The notes beneath the pieces are model-generated. The model saw only the letters and a list, made by a program, of their open reading frames with translations, ran no database searches and was not told the origin of the DNA. This document shows, piece after piece, positions 26,214-39,429 of a DNA stretch of 64,000 bases. Origin of the DNA: Dendrobates tinctorius (lineage: Eukaryota); assembly GCF_039654945.1 (NCBI RefSeq), contig NW_027361863.1, positions 13,020,001 through 13,084,000 of the forward strand, given 5' to 3'. A program made the translations under genes and the position numbers. Within the stretch, counting starts at the first letter, position 1. Each line of letters begins with the position of its first letter.

Positions 26214-29200
26214 CATGACAAAGCTAAGAGGTTGAACTCCACTATCTCCAATCTGTTGGCCGTAGAAATGCTGCCTTTCTGCCTGGTAGATACAGATGGT
26301 TTCCGAAAGCTGATGGCCATCGCAGTCCCCCAGTACCAATTACCCAGTAGCCATTTATTTTTTCCTGGAAAGCTGTGCCTGCGCTACACCAGCATGTCGC
26401 AGACAACATCACCCATTCCTTGACAAAATCTCTGTCTGCCAGGGTGCATTTCACCACTGACACTTGAACAAGAAAGCATGGCCAATGGCATTACATCTCG
26501 CTGACTGGGCACTAGGTGACTCTGGTGGCTGTGGGGACAGGTGCTGCTCCACAAGTCTTGGAATCCCCAAGGCTTGCAGGACAAACCTCTACATTTAACA
26601 CTTCCTCCACTGCTTCTGCCTCCTCTATCTCGTCTAGGGCCTCCACCTGCACCCTCAACCTCTGCCTTAACGAGACAGGCATTTCCATCAGTGCATAGCG
26701 AATCCCCACCACCTCCGTACTGCGCAGCCAAGGCTCACCGCAATCTGGCAGTATTAAAATTGATATGCCTTGGAGATCACAGTCATACAGCTGAAGAGTT
26801 GTGAACAGCTCTCCAGGCTGAGTTTGATCAATGGTTGTCTCTGCTGAACCTGCATCCAGGGAAGGCCGTGTCCTATAACGTTGTGAACCTGGTGGTGGCC
26901 TTACCACGAGGCAAACTCACTCAAGTGCCTTGCATGGCTCACATCCTCAGCCTGGTGGTACAGCGATTTCTCCGCCACTATCTTGGCCTTAGTGAGCTGC
27001 TCCAGAAAGCACGTAAGCTGTGTGCTCATTTCCTCTGTTCGCACCTCTCTGGTTATTGACTTGCATCAATACAGAGGTCTTTGTCCATGCCAGTTAACAG
27101 GTTGATATGTGATGTGCCAACACGTTGGAATTCTACTCTGCACATGTTGCAGCGACTGTGGCAGCAGCAACAAGCTCTGACGCAGTATGTCATGTCATAT
27201 AGCCTGGGCCAATGCAGTACGGATGTGGCGCATATCATGTTTACAGTTTTGAAATGGCTACTAAGATAGCTAGCGCTGACAATGCCATCATCAGCATCAC
27301 TATTCCTGTCATCTATATGTTGGAGCAGACTTTGAATAGCCTGTGAGAGGAGATGGTGGTCCCAGAAGAAGAGGAGGAAGCAGAGGTGGATGCGGAAGGG
27401 ATAACATTGTCCCTAAGCTCAATACTGTCGTCACCCAGGTGGGTGTCAAGGGAGGGTGGATTACTGCGATCGAGGGGGGCTGGTGATAACAATGTGTTAT
27501 CGATGGTGCAAGATCCTAGGTACGAATGGAGGAGGAAGAGGTGATGGGCGAGCAACTGTCAGATGAATAGGATAATCCTACCCTCTCTGTTGTTTGTTGT
27601 TGGTGGAAGGGAACGGAGGAAACAAGTCTGATTTTACCCTGCCACCAACACAGCATGGCCTTGAACCTCATGGTAGAGCCTGACATATGAGTGTCTTCTT
27701 GCTGTACTATCTGCAACATGATCCCCATATAGTTATGATTAGTAATGCTGTTTGAAGTTGTATTAGATCCACGTTATAAAACCAAATTTTGCAAGATGAT
27801 TCCTGCCCTAGAAAGGGACCTGCGAATGCTGGAATATCGAAACACACTTTTACACAACCTTAAGAGAGCTTTTCACCAAGACAGCAGTGAAGCACTCAGT
27901 TCGCATTGCAGCTCTAGACTTCCTACCACAGGCCTGTCAATTCATCAATGCCAAAAGATTAGCAGCAGCAATGGTGGAATTGGAAAAAGCAATTTCTGTG
28001 AGTCCTTTGACACTTTTTTTAGACCAATTAATGCATCAGCACAACAAAGTCCAAGTCTTACACGTGGTGAATGAATGGAGAGGATGGTGCAGGAGTATCT
28101 AGAACTGAATATCAATACCATCAGGAAGAATTTGGACCCTTTCACATTTTTGCCTTCCAAAATGGATGACTGGCCTGAGCTTGCCTCACATGCCTTGGTT
28201 TTATCATGCCCGTCAACCAGTGTTCTCTCAGAACAGGTCTTCAGTGCTGCTGGTGGTGTCCTCATAGATAAGCGCATCTGGCTGTCCACTGAAATGTGAA
28301 CAGTCATGGTTGGTCTACAGTACCTCTGCTTGGTTAGCTATAGTGAAAGATGTCTCGGTCCCAATTATTCTATTTCTATTCTCGTGACAGTTATTCCACT
28401 TCGGTGGTGTCAGGCTCTCATTTTTTAAAATGTGAACACTCCTGGTTGGGTGTCCATCTGCTGGATTGAGTGTAGTGGAAAACCTATCGGTCCCTATTAT
28501 ACTATTTCTACTGTGGTGAAATTGATGCAGCTTTGGTGATGTCTGCCAATAATTTTTGGAAATATGAACACTCCTGGTTGGGTGTCCATCTGTTGGATTG
28601 GGTGCAGTGGAAGACCTGTCGATCCATTTCACACTATTTCTACTCTCGTGAAATTGATGCCGCTTCTTTGGTGTAAGGTCTTCATTTGTTTAAATGTGAA
28701 TACTCCTGTTTGGGTGTCCATCTGCTGGATTGGGCGTAGTGGAAGATCTTTTGGTCCCTATTATACTGTTTCTACTGTGGTGAAATTGATGCCACTTTGG
28801 TGGTGTCTGCCAATAATTTTTGGAAATGTGAACACTCCTGGCCTGGTTGGGTGTCCATCTGCTGTATTGGGTGTAGTGGAAGACCTGACAGTCCCTATTA
28901 TATTATTTCTACTGTGGTGAGTTTGATGCCACTTTGGTGGTGTCTTCCAATAATTTTTGGAAATGTTAACACTCCTGGTTGGGTCTCCTTCATGAGTGTT
29001 GCCTGTAGCAGTAGGCCAAGACACCGTCAGGCCTTCACTTCTTTGGACTCAACTACCTTTATTACTATCCTAAATTTTTCTGACAATGGCAGTCTGCAAA
29101 ACTGATATTTGTGCCAACTGAGTGTGGCTCAGCATGAAAGCAGGTAGAGATGTTGCATGTGGTATCAGGGCTCCCAGCAAAGAGGGCCTACATTAATCCC

Positions 29201-29499
29201 TCACCCACCTTGTCTTACTGTCCCAGATACCTCATGACTGGCTGATTTCCCCAGTTCCATACTAAAATTTGTATTGTGGGTGAACTGAGGCCACTTTCCT
29301 GGTGTCTGTTCCTCATTTGATGTGTTTTGGCAGCATTTGGGGCCGTTCTAAGGTGTTGTGCATGCGTTTGTTTTTGCCTCCTATTGAGCTAAGTGGAGTT
29401 CGGTTATGTTCGGCGAATATTCAACAAATTAATAGGCAAATATTGCAAATTCAGCGATCATAATCCGAACCGAACATTTAAATATTTGCTCATACCTAA

Positions 29500-30720
29500 T
29501 GGTTAGTACCTAGTAGCACCCCCTTTTGCAAGTATCACTGCTTGTAAACACATTTTGTAGCCAGCCAAGAATCATTCAATTCTTGTTTTTTGGGGATTTT
29601 CATCCATTCTTCCTTGGAAAATTCCTCCAGTTCTGTGAGATTCTGGGGTAGTTTTGCATTCTCTGTTATTTGGCTGTCTAGCCACAGATTTTCAATGATG
29701 TTCGGACCAGGGGACTGTGAGCGTCATTGTAAAACTTCACTTTGAACCTTTTGAGGTCGTTTATTATGGATTTTGACCCATGTTTGCAATCATTATTCAT
29801 TTGTAGAAGCCATCCTCTTTTCACTTTCATTTTTTTTTTTTATAGATGGTGTTATATTTGTATCAAGGATTTGTTGAAATGTTATTGAATCCATTCTTCC
29901 CTCTACCCTTAAAATGTTCCCTGTGTCATTGGCTGTAACACAACTCCAAACCATGATTGATCCACGCCCATGCCTAAATGTTGGCGATATGTTCTTTTTC
30001 TGTATTTCTGTGCCCTTTTATTCTCCACACATACCTTTGATCATTGTGGATACAGAGTTGACTTCTATTTTAACCTCATCAGTTCACAGGTATTGTTTAC
30101 AAAATGTATCAGGCTTTTTTAGATGTTCTTTTGCATACTTCTGACATTGAATTTTATGGTGAGGATTCAGGAGAGGTTTTCTTCTGATGACTGTTCCATG
30201 ACGGCCAAATTTATGCAGGTGTTTCTGTACCATAACTCCAGAGTCTGCTAAATCTTTCTGAAGGTATCTTTTGCAGTTAAACAGGGGTTCTGATTTGCCT
30301 CTCTAGCAATCCTGTGAGATTTTGCTTGGTCTTCCAGACCTTATCGTGACCTCCACTGTTCTTGTTAACTGCAATCTCTTAATTACATTTTGAACTGAGG
30401 GAAGGCAAACTTGAAAATGCTTTGCTATCTTCTTATACCTTTCTCCTGCTTTTTGGGCCTCCACCATTTTCATTTTCAGAGTGCTAAGCAGCTACTTAGA
30501 ACTCAGGGCTGCTGTTTTTTGGCACAAAGTTAAAGGAGGCTGGGTTTTTATAAAGCTGGGAAATTTGCATCACTTGGCCTTTTGAACAGTGAATAGTGAA
30601 CAAACCATAACCCTAACAGGCTAATTAAGGTCTGAAACCTTGGTCAAAGTTATCTGAACTTTAAAATCTCCAGGTTATAAAATGCAAAAAAATGACAATT
30701 TTTTGGCCTAAAATACAAAA
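29500..30720 (-). mobile_element. Tc1-like transposon relic
   Basis: Minus-strand SQSPGPNIIENLW (SPDLNPIENLW-like) near 29680-29720; many disruptions. Confidence 0.75.
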
Positions 30721-31019
30721 CAATTGTGTAATAATGTCCCCCATCCTTGTATAATGTTCCCCTTCCTGAACCCCTTCCAGTAAATATGTACGCTATATTA
30801 CGGTATTCTCCAACACATTTGAAAAAAATAAATGTTTCTGTAAGAAGGTGACTAAATGCAACAGCGAAGGCACCAAGTAGAAACAATTTACTTATTGGAA
30901 TATGAAATTGAAACCAAGATACTGAAAATGGAAAATGCCAAATCACAAAATAATGTTTACAGAGTATTTGACAAGCAGTTATATGACAGATGTTTATTTA
31001 TTAACATGTAGTGAAAGAA

Positions 31020-31282
31020 ATCTGCACCGCTTTCGTACCTGAGCCAAAATGTCCAGAGTATGGGACCACCTTGCCAAGATCACAGTCATACGGATACACA
31101 GGTGCCAATCCAGTATAAACAGTTTCAATGATCCATGCAAAAACAAGACAGAATGTGGCACTCACCGTTCCTTAAAATCCAGATTTTATTAGAACAACAT
31201 TAAAACATCTTCAGCAGGGACGGTAGAAACGAATGAATGTGGTCGGACGACGGCCGTTTCGCGCACCTGCGCTTCTACAGGA
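31020..31282 (-). mobile_element. Penelope-like pseudo-LTR fragment with hammerhead-like motif
   Basis: Minus strand reads CTGTAGA-A-GCGC-AGGT-GCGC-GAAA-CGGCCG-TC, then AATAAA and GGTGAGTGCC. Confidence 0.5.
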
Positions 31283-31877
31283 TGTTTGCTTGGGTTTAAA
31301 TACTTTTTGTGAGACTTGCATTACATTACCTTCCAGTAGGTTTGCTGATATGTTTCTCTCCTGTTTTTGTCAACTAAATAAAGTTGAATGTGATTGTGAG
31401 ATTTGGTCTAACACTACGTAGTGGTGGAATATTCAGAAATTTTTGACCATCACAGCATAGATTAAAAAAAAATGCCATAGAATAAACTAAAAGTGTAACA
31501 CTAGTGATTCTGCCAAATCTGGCTCAATCTACTAAACTCTTACAACTTGTCAGTTTCGATCAATTCTAGCTTTGACATCACTTTTTAGAAATGCTGTAAA
31601 TAGTTATTCACTTTTTGAAGAGTTAGAACTATTTGCTGTATCACTTTGTGGAATGTAATCATTAAGACATCTTAATTATTAAACTTCTTGTCCTTCCCAG
31701 AAGTTGTTGTTTTAATTGATAGTAAATTCAAACCTCTAGTGTATATTTCTCTGGGATACATTTTCTATATATTCCTTGTACTTTTCCATTGTCATTAAAA
31801 TGAAACAACCATTTCTGCCACGCGTGAGATTACACGACTCAATTTTTGAAAGGAAATTATTTCTTCTATGTTGCTAA

Positions 31878-32807
31878 ATGAAGGTACAAAATTTCAGCTT
31901 TACTGATTTTGTTCTCCTCGGCTTTCATGAGCTTCCAGACTTCCAGTTGGTTTTCTTTTTCATATTTCTGGTCATCTATGTTGCAACGTTGGTTGGAAAT
32001 TTATTAACAATTGACGTATTTTCCTTTGTTCCTCACTTTCACACTTCCATGTATTTACTCCTGTGTAACATGTCAATATTGGATATGTCCTTCACCTCAA
32101 TGGTTCTACCAAAGTTATTAGCCATCTTTCTAACTGGGAACAATGTCATCTCCTTCCATGGTTGCATCGCTCAGGTTTTCTTTTTCGTGGTGCTCATAGT
32201 GTCGGAATACTTCATCCTGGCTGCCATGGCTTACGATCGTTACGTGGCCATCTGTCATCCCCTACGTTACTCTTATTTCATGAGCCTGCAGGTCTGTTTC
32301 TGGATGACATTGACGTCTTGGAGTATCGGGGTATTTGAGGGCATTATTTACGCCATTCTAATATCATCTTGTACATTTTGTGAATCAAATGAAATTGACC
32401 ATTTATTCTGTGATATGAAGCCTCTTGTAAAACTTTCATGTAGTGATACACGGACCATAGAATCAGTGATACTTGGGCCGAGTGCCATCATTGGCTTTTT
32501 TCCTTCAATTATGACCTTGGTGTCCTACATCTATATCATCTCTACAATCTTGAAGATTAACTCTAAAGAAGGAAGACACAAAACCTTCTCCACCTGCTCC
32601 TCACACCTCACAGTCATCCTCTTGTTTTACGGAACAGTCCTCGGCATGTACATGAGACCAAAGTCCAGCTTTTCCATGGACCAGGACAAGGTGTTCGCCA
32701 TATTGTATGCCGGAGTAATTCCAATGCTCAACCCTCTCATTTACAGCTTGAAAAATGAGGAGGTGAAGAAGGCTCTGTGCAGAATAAAGAAACAATTGTT
32801 TTGTTAG
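31878..32807 (+). CDS. olfactory receptor, class II-type, intact 309 aa, close paralogue of 16088
   Basis: Same OR motifs (HTSMY variant); flanks homologous to those of the first OR. Confidence 0.97.
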   Translation: MKVQNFSFTDFVLLGFHELPDFQLVFFFIFLVIYVATLVGNLLTIDVFSFVPHFHTSMYLLLCNMSILDMSFTSMVLPKLLAIFLTGNNVISFHGCIAQVFFFVVLIVSEYFILAAMAYDRYVAICHPLRYSYFMSLQVCFWMTLTSWSIGVFEGIIYAILISSCTFCESNEIDHLFCDMKPLVKLSCSDTRTIESVILGPSAIIGFFPSIMTLVSYIYIISTILKINSKEGRHKTFSTCSSHLTVILLFYGTVLGMYMRPKSSFSMDQDKVFAILYAGVIPMLNPLIYSLKNEEVKKALCRIKKQLFC

Positions 32808-33182
32808 GTTATTCATGTCTGTTTGTGCTCACGTATAATGACTCCACGAGAGACAAAAACAAATGTGTAGAAAAATGGATACAAACATGGATCATTAACT
32901 CTAAAGAAGGAAGACACAAAACCTGAACTGAACAAAAACTGAACTCAAAGTTTGCACTTTTAATTGATTATGTTTGCAAAGGAAATTTAATGTTGCTATT
33001 TAAACAAGTAAAATAAATTATTGCATATATAGGTGGAAATGTCAAATGGATATGATTATAAATACAGTCTTTGGCATCAGTCGGCATCTGATTTTACACC
33101 TTTAGTGTTCCAATGGTGCACAGTGCTAAAACACAAATTTATTAAATAGATGACAAAATGAATGATTCATTTTCAATTGACT

Positions 33183-33450
33183 TTAAAGGGAACCTGTCAT
33201 CTGAAAAAAATGTTATTACCCTGCAGATAAGAGGATAATCTGCAGGTTAATAGCATTCTGAACCTGCCCGGCGCATGCATTTAGACCCACGCTGCCGGGA
33301 GGAAATGAACTTCAGTGCCTCCGGCAGCGTTCAGTATCCAGTCATAAGGGTGATGCTGGTGGGTTCCTGGAGAGTGGTGCTGTAAATGCGCCCCCTGCAC
33401 TGACTGACAGCTGGCCCTAATGCTGAGCCCACTCCCGCACCCTCTGATGA
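33183..33450 (+). mobile_element. T2/Kolobok-type MITE left part
   Basis: TTAA-AGGGAACCTGTCA terminus; same terminus at the equivalent position after the first OR (~17351). Confidence 0.6.
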
Positions 33451-34099
33451 CCTCCCACTGATGCATAGCGGCGAGGATCAGACTGCGAGTTATGCTCGGC
33501 AGGGTCTCCTCCACCCGGGTAGCTAATTGGTTCACTCCCTTCTACAGCTCCATCCTCCATGGGCACATTGCAGCCTTATGGGTCCCAAGGACAGGAAGAC
33601 AGTCCTCCCATCACTGGCAGGTTCCTTATCCACTGAAGGGTCAACTAGAAGAAATAACAGCATCAAATTCAAGGTTCATCATCTGGATTCTGGATATCCA
33701 GCTGGTGGGATGACAGCTCCCACGCAGCCTTGTGAGTAATTCTCCATGTCTTATCCAAAAAGTTTAGAGGGCAGCCAGGTAGCAAGGTTATCAGGAGCGT
33801 TATCAGAGGTTGGGAATATGGAGGATGGAGAAAATGTAGCAGTTGATGAAATTAAAGATTGTTGGAGAGTGTTAAAGATTTTTTGGCCCATCTGATATTG
33901 TGCACTTGGCTGAGTGAGTCGCTTCTGGCATGGATATGCAGAATGAGGGGTCATGTAGTCTAGGGAGGGTGTCACAGGCTAGGGCACCGGTGTCGGTATC
34001 GGTACAGATGGAGAAAGAAAAGGAGGATAGGATTCGCGATGGCCCCAACTACATTTGGCCATTCCTTTCAAGGGAGGGGCGGTTCTGCCGACAATTCAA

Positions 34100-34820
34100 G
34101 AAGTCAGAGAGCTGGTAGTCAATCCGGTGAAGTTAACCATGATGGTCACTTATCTAAACTGGCTTATCGATCAGAATAATGTGGATTTGTTGATAGTGAG
34201 TTTCAAGGTGGGTTTTAGGATTTTTCCCCCCTCCTCATTTAAAATTCATTGTCTTCTATAGGACTTAAAATCCACATACCAGGATTTAGCGGTGGTATGG
34301 GAGCAGCTGGCAAAATAGGTTGCCCTGGGTCGGATAGCTGGGACATTTGATGCTCCTTCCCTCCAGAATCTAGTAATTTCTCGATTAGGATTTGTCCCTA
34401 AAAAGAATCCAAACAAGTTTCAACTGACTCATCATATTTCCTATCCTTGGGGTTTGTGAGTTAACAATGGTATTGTTCTGTGGTATACATGTCCTTTGGG
34501 GAGGCTGTAAGGTTGGTTAGGAAGTTTGAAAATGGCGCTTGAATGGCTAATCCGGATGTGGAATAGGCCTTTAGTTTATTGTAAGTTCATCCTTACAGTT
34601 ATTAGGCTGTTTTTTGGGATGGGGGATATTTTGTTCATCTTTGCTTAACAATGCTATGTTCTTGCTCTTGTTAGTTATTTGAAGCTTTTAGTTCCTTTTT
34701 GGAGTGGTTAGTTTGCGGTGTTTTAGATTCTGGAGCCATTATACACTATTTAGATGCTTTTTTGTGCATGGGCACTTAAGACTCCCCTCTGTGTGGATCT
34801 ATTCTTGGACCGTGGAATGG
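34100..34820 (+). pseudogene. DIRS/Ngaro-type (tyrosine-recombinase retroelement) reverse transcriptase relic
   Basis: Degenerate FKVGFRI, VPKKNPNKFQLTHHISYP, MA..DVE.AF.LL.VHP, FEAFSSFLEW, IHYLD motifs with stops and frameshifts. Confidence 0.7.
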
Positions 34821-34828
34821 GTTGCTAG

Positions 34829-37800
34829 TAGTAATGAGCGAATTTGTTTGGAAGATGATCGCCAAACATAAATTCGGGACGAACATTTGGATTCATGATT
34901 GGAAACACAAGCAAAATTTTATAAAATTGGCAAAAATCGGTAACATTCGGTAAAAAGTGCCGTAAAATATTTGCGTTTCCACAAAAGTATTTTCAGCACT
35001 TTTACAACGATAATGGGGGTGTATCAAGAGCGTTTGGCACATGTTTGATGAGGGGAGGGGGTTTGCAGAGCTCAGAGATGCATCGATCTTGTAATTTTTT
35101 TTTTCCTTAACTTTATGTATGCACATTGCGGCTAGCCAATCAGGGCGCAGAAAACATCATAGGACACAACAGTTTATTTCATGGGCTGCTGAAATCACAT
35201 GTCCCTCTCCATATAAAGAGCGGACATCTTGTTTTAGCGCCATTTTGACACTGTAACAGCGCAGAGAGGCTGCTCCTGATGCTGGCACGGTTAGCAGCAA
35301 GATTTTAGCTAGTTAGCTAGGCGGTTGTATATCAGTCAGATAGTGTAGCTAGCTAGTGTCCAGTGTGGCTGTAAAATTTACCTTCCAGCATTTTATTTCT
35401 TGGCCATTGCTGAGGTCCACAGACAAAGCCAGCAGGGCACATGTCCTACAAGTGTGTTGTGCACTGCTTCTATTGTGCTCCATGCACGAGTATAGCATTC
35501 TAAATAATATTTTTTTTTACCAGCTAAATGTGCAACAGCCTGCTGTATCCCACCTTGTCATTTAGTGCTGTGGTGATATGAAACCATCTGCAGACCTAAG
35601 GCCCATTAAAAAAAAAAATGTAGTTTTTCAGTTGTGAAAAGTAAGACAGCCCACCATAAGACACTGTATAATTTTGATGGGTTGAAATTAAACTGTCTGC
35701 AGACCTCATGCACATAATCAAATTTTTTTTTTTGTCACTAAACGTCATTAAGTAAGAGACCTGACTTTAAAATAGTTTACAGCTTCTAATGTGTAAAGGA
35801 GGCCTGATCCAGAGGCCACAAAAAATTCTTCTGTTCCTAGTGTCATACGGTAAGGGACCCGACTTTAAAATAGTTTGTAGCATTTAATGTATTATAGAGG
35901 CCTGATCCAGAGGCCACAAAAAATTCTTGTGATTCTAACGTCATATAGTAGGGGACCTGACTTTAAAATACTTTGTAGCATCTACAGTGTTATAGAGGCC
36001 TGATCCAGAAGCCACAAAAAATTCTTCTGTTCCTAGTGTCATACTGTAGGGGACCTGACTTTAGAATAGTTTGTAGCATCTAGTGTATTATAGAGGCCTG
36101 ATGTCTAACAGCCCGTCCAGTCCACACCTGCCAGTGCTCAACTGTCTAACACCCGATACAGTCCGCACCTGCCAGGGCTCTCCTGTTCCTCAGCCGGTCC
36201 AGCCCACACCTGCCAGGGCTCATTGGTCTAACACTCGGTCCAGTCCACACCTGCCAGTGGATTTCTGTTCCTCAGCCAGTCCCATCTGCACTTGTGGTTC
36301 CAATGTTCCTAAAGTGCCTGTGTAGGAGGTGGACTGACCTATGGACCTGTCTGAGGTGGGAAGGACATGTCAAATATGTTGTGCACTATGCTTTATTATA
36401 TGTGTATGGTTAACAGCGGGAAATTAGTACAGGATGACGTAGTACCGGGTTTTGGCCACAAGATGGAGACAGAGAGCAGTGAGAGAAGGACTCAACAGCA
36501 GGCCTTAATGTACCGTTACACCTAGCGACTCACCAGCGATCCCGACCAGCGATATGACGCGGTCAGGATCGCTGGTGAATCGCTGGGTGGTCGCTAGTGA
36601 GCTGCCACACAGGCAGATCTCACCAGCGACATTGCAGGGGATGGGGATCGCTACTTACCTGTCAGACGAGGCGATCCTGCGTCCTCCCGCCCGGCTCCAC
36701 GCGTCGCTCGTCGGCGCCACAGGAAGCGCCGCAGGAAGTGGACGACGAGGAATGATCCAGGAGCTTCTCGCGCGATCAGCAATAACCAGCGGGGGAGCCG
36801 GTCGGAGGTAAGTATCACATGCAGCGATATCGCTAGCAATATCGCTGCAACGTCACAAAATCGGTGACTTTACAGCGATATTGCTAGCGATATCGCAGTG
36901 TGTAATGGGGGCATTAGGCCAGGGAAACTGTATAGTCATGGTTGGCAGAGTTACAGGACTGGGAAGGGGATTTCCAGAAGGAGGAGATAAAAAGGAAGGA
37001 GAGTCTCAGGGGCAGGGCAGAGACACCCAGGAGGAAGAGAGAAGAGCACAGGAGAGGACAGAGAAAGGAGAAGCTCAGGAAGGACAGAGGAGAAACAGGG
37101 ACAGTTACTCGGAGAGGGGGGTGGCCCTGAGAAGGCAGCCGCAGGAAAGGACAGCAGTGACTAACGGAAGGTTTGGGTCCGGACGGCTGGACACCGAAGA
37201 GTGAGTAGGTGTACAGTGGGCAGACTTAGCCGGGGAAGTGCTGTTGCCGTGGGCCTAACAGCAGCCAAGGTGAAGGAACCTGGAGGGGCTTTGCCAGTAG
37301 TAACAGCAGGAGGTGACGGGTACCCGGGCCTAGGGGTAAAAGCCGCTGTGCATGCCGTGGATGTCAGGAGGACACCCAATAAAGTTTTGGACCTTATTGA
37401 ACAGATTCCTGTGTCTGTCTCCAGTCTTTTCCGCAGCTGAAAGGGACCACCCCCCAGTCGGCACACGGACCAATACCTGCCTGCATTCTTCTTCCCTTTT
37501 TCGGGCCATACCAGCTTACCCACTCTAGGGGGTCAGCTGCCACCCTCTGTAGGTCAGCCCTGTAGTACCTCCTTGTCCCTCCTTGGGTCGCAGTGTCACC
37601 TGCTTCTACTTATCTGTAGGCTTTCTGAGGGCTACGGCACAGTGATTCCGCCACCTTGCCTGTTACAGTATCTACCTACTGGGTTGGCTGTAGTGTAAGA
37701 GTTGTCAGTCCCCATTATACTAGTTCTACTCTAGTGAAATTGATGCCACTTTGGTGATGTCTGCCACTAATTTTTGGAAATGTGTAGATTCCTGGTTTGG

Positions 37801-38350
37801 TCTCCTTCATGTGTGTTGCTTGTAGCAGTAGGCCTCCAAGGCCAGCAGGTCTCCACTAACTTTTTGTCAACTACCCATGTTACTATCCTTACATTTTTCT
37901 GACAATAGTAATCTACAAAACTGATATTTGTGCCACCTGAGTGTGGCTGAGCATGAAAGCAGGTTGAGCTATTGCAAGTGGTATCGGGGCACACAGCACA
38001 GCAGGCCTACACCGATGCCTCACCCACCTCGTCTTAATTTGAAGTTCAATTCAAAGCTGTAAATGCTGTCCCAGTCTCCGATTCCTCATGCATGGCTGAT
38101 TGCTGCCGTGCCATTCTAAAATTTGTACTATGGTCAATTGAGAACAATTTCTTGGTGTCTGCCTCTAATTTGATGTGTTTTGGCAGCTTTTTGGCCGTTT
38201 GAAGGTGTTGTGCCTGCGTTTGTTTTTGCCTCCCATTGACTCCAATGGTGTTTGGCTATGTTCAATGAATATTCGACGAATAAATCAGCTCATATTTCAA
38301 AATTGGCATTCGTAATCCAAACCGAATATTGAAATATTCGCTCATCTCTA
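34829..38350 (+). mobile_element. non-autonomous hAT, deletion derivative of the 22190-29498 family, with internal insertions
   Basis: TAGTAATGAGCGAAT ... ATTCGCTCATCTCTA; same ~90-bp array (35750-36100); 37680-38350 homologous to 28880-29498; flanking 8-mers do not match. Confidence 0.75.
36506..36915. mobile_element. PIF/Harbinger-like MITE
   Basis: Imperfect TIRs ATGTACCGTTACAC / GTGTAATGGGGGCAT in a TTA/TAA context; many AGCGA/TCGCT hairpins. Confidence 0.55.
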
Positions 38351-39429
38351 GATTTGTGCACTGCCACATTGAATAATATTGGCTTGAGTGCAATTTTTTA
38401 TTGGATAGCACACGGGCCGAAAACATGGTCATCTGCACGAGCCCTTAGGTAGACTCTCATCCACAGATTCTAATATGTTATATGCTACTTGAGTCAAAGA
38501 TTACATTTTCTTCACTAACAATTTTCCACAATAACCTGTCTGTGAGACTGTGGATCTCCGGAAGTGAACCCTCAGGACTGCGACGACGAACCCCCTCGGG
38601 CGAGCTGACCAGGTGGACCACCCCCTATACAGGGAGCGTTAGGGGCAGACCCAAGGGAGACTATCGCCGCTGAAGCTGATACCTGGGAACAGCCGGGAGA
38701 GTATGCAGGCAGGAAAGTGCAGGCCACCAGGTGGGAGATGGCGACGGCCACAGGGATGACTGCAGACACTGCAGGAATGGTGGTGGACGGCAGTGGTGAA
38801 TAGCAATGGCAGGCGGCAGGAACCGGTAGAGAACGAGACACAGGAGCAGGAAGACAGAGGCAGGAATGGACTGGATCTAGAAGGGAACACAGGAAAGTCA
38901 CAAACAGGGAAGTCGGCGGAGGCCACGGAGTGGTACACAGCGCAGAGACAAGAGGAACGCAGGAGCGTGTGGACCCGATACCACAAATGATAGTCAGGCA
39001 GAGAGCATAGGGTGAGGCTGCCTGATATAGAGCACGCTGGTGAACTTCCGGGTCAGAGTGGAGCAATACCATGGGGCCAGGAGAAAGGACGCCAGGTCTA
39101 GGGGGCGTATCTAGCTGTACGCCTGTGTGAAGGAGCAGGGGCCGGCCGCTGGAGGGATGATTGACAGGTGCCAGCTGAGCGGGCGGACCGAGAAGACTGG
39201 ACGCGCAGGAGAGCCCCAGTCGGTGTGGAGGCACGGGAGGCTGCGGGGACCGAAGGTGCCGCAAGCGGTGGAGCCGCGCATTGGCAGATGGAGCGGCAGT
39301 GACAGGAGACCGGGCAGAGGTAGCAGGGACAGCGGCGGTTGGGACCGCGGCCGCAGACGTCGCAGAGCGGGCCAGAGCCGGGGAGGTGAGCGTGCCAGGC
39401 GCCGGGGAGGACGTGAGCGTGACAGTACC

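Larger units (their letters stand above)
22190..29498 (+). mobile_element. large decayed hAT element; transposase pseudogene ~22770-28300 with subterminal tandem arrays
   Basis: BED-like AWAFY...VICQL...NLTTTCMN; VPCMAHILSLVVQ; CDVPTRWNSTLHML; WPELA...SVLSEQVFSAAG; ~90-bp array 22190-22490; ~135-bp array 28330-28990; right end GCTCATACCTA. Confidence 0.85.

Noticed and set aside
28330-28990. ~135-bp repeat array as a repeat-spacer system or RNA gene cluster
   Set aside because: Whole units are homologous; it is a subterminal array of the hAT element, with a unit also at ~37680
36100-37640. Insert within the hAT derivative with ~50-bp CCAGTCCACACCTGCCAG repeats and a purine-rich stretch
   Set aside because: Probably another retroelement fragment, but I could not define termini, TSD or protein motifs
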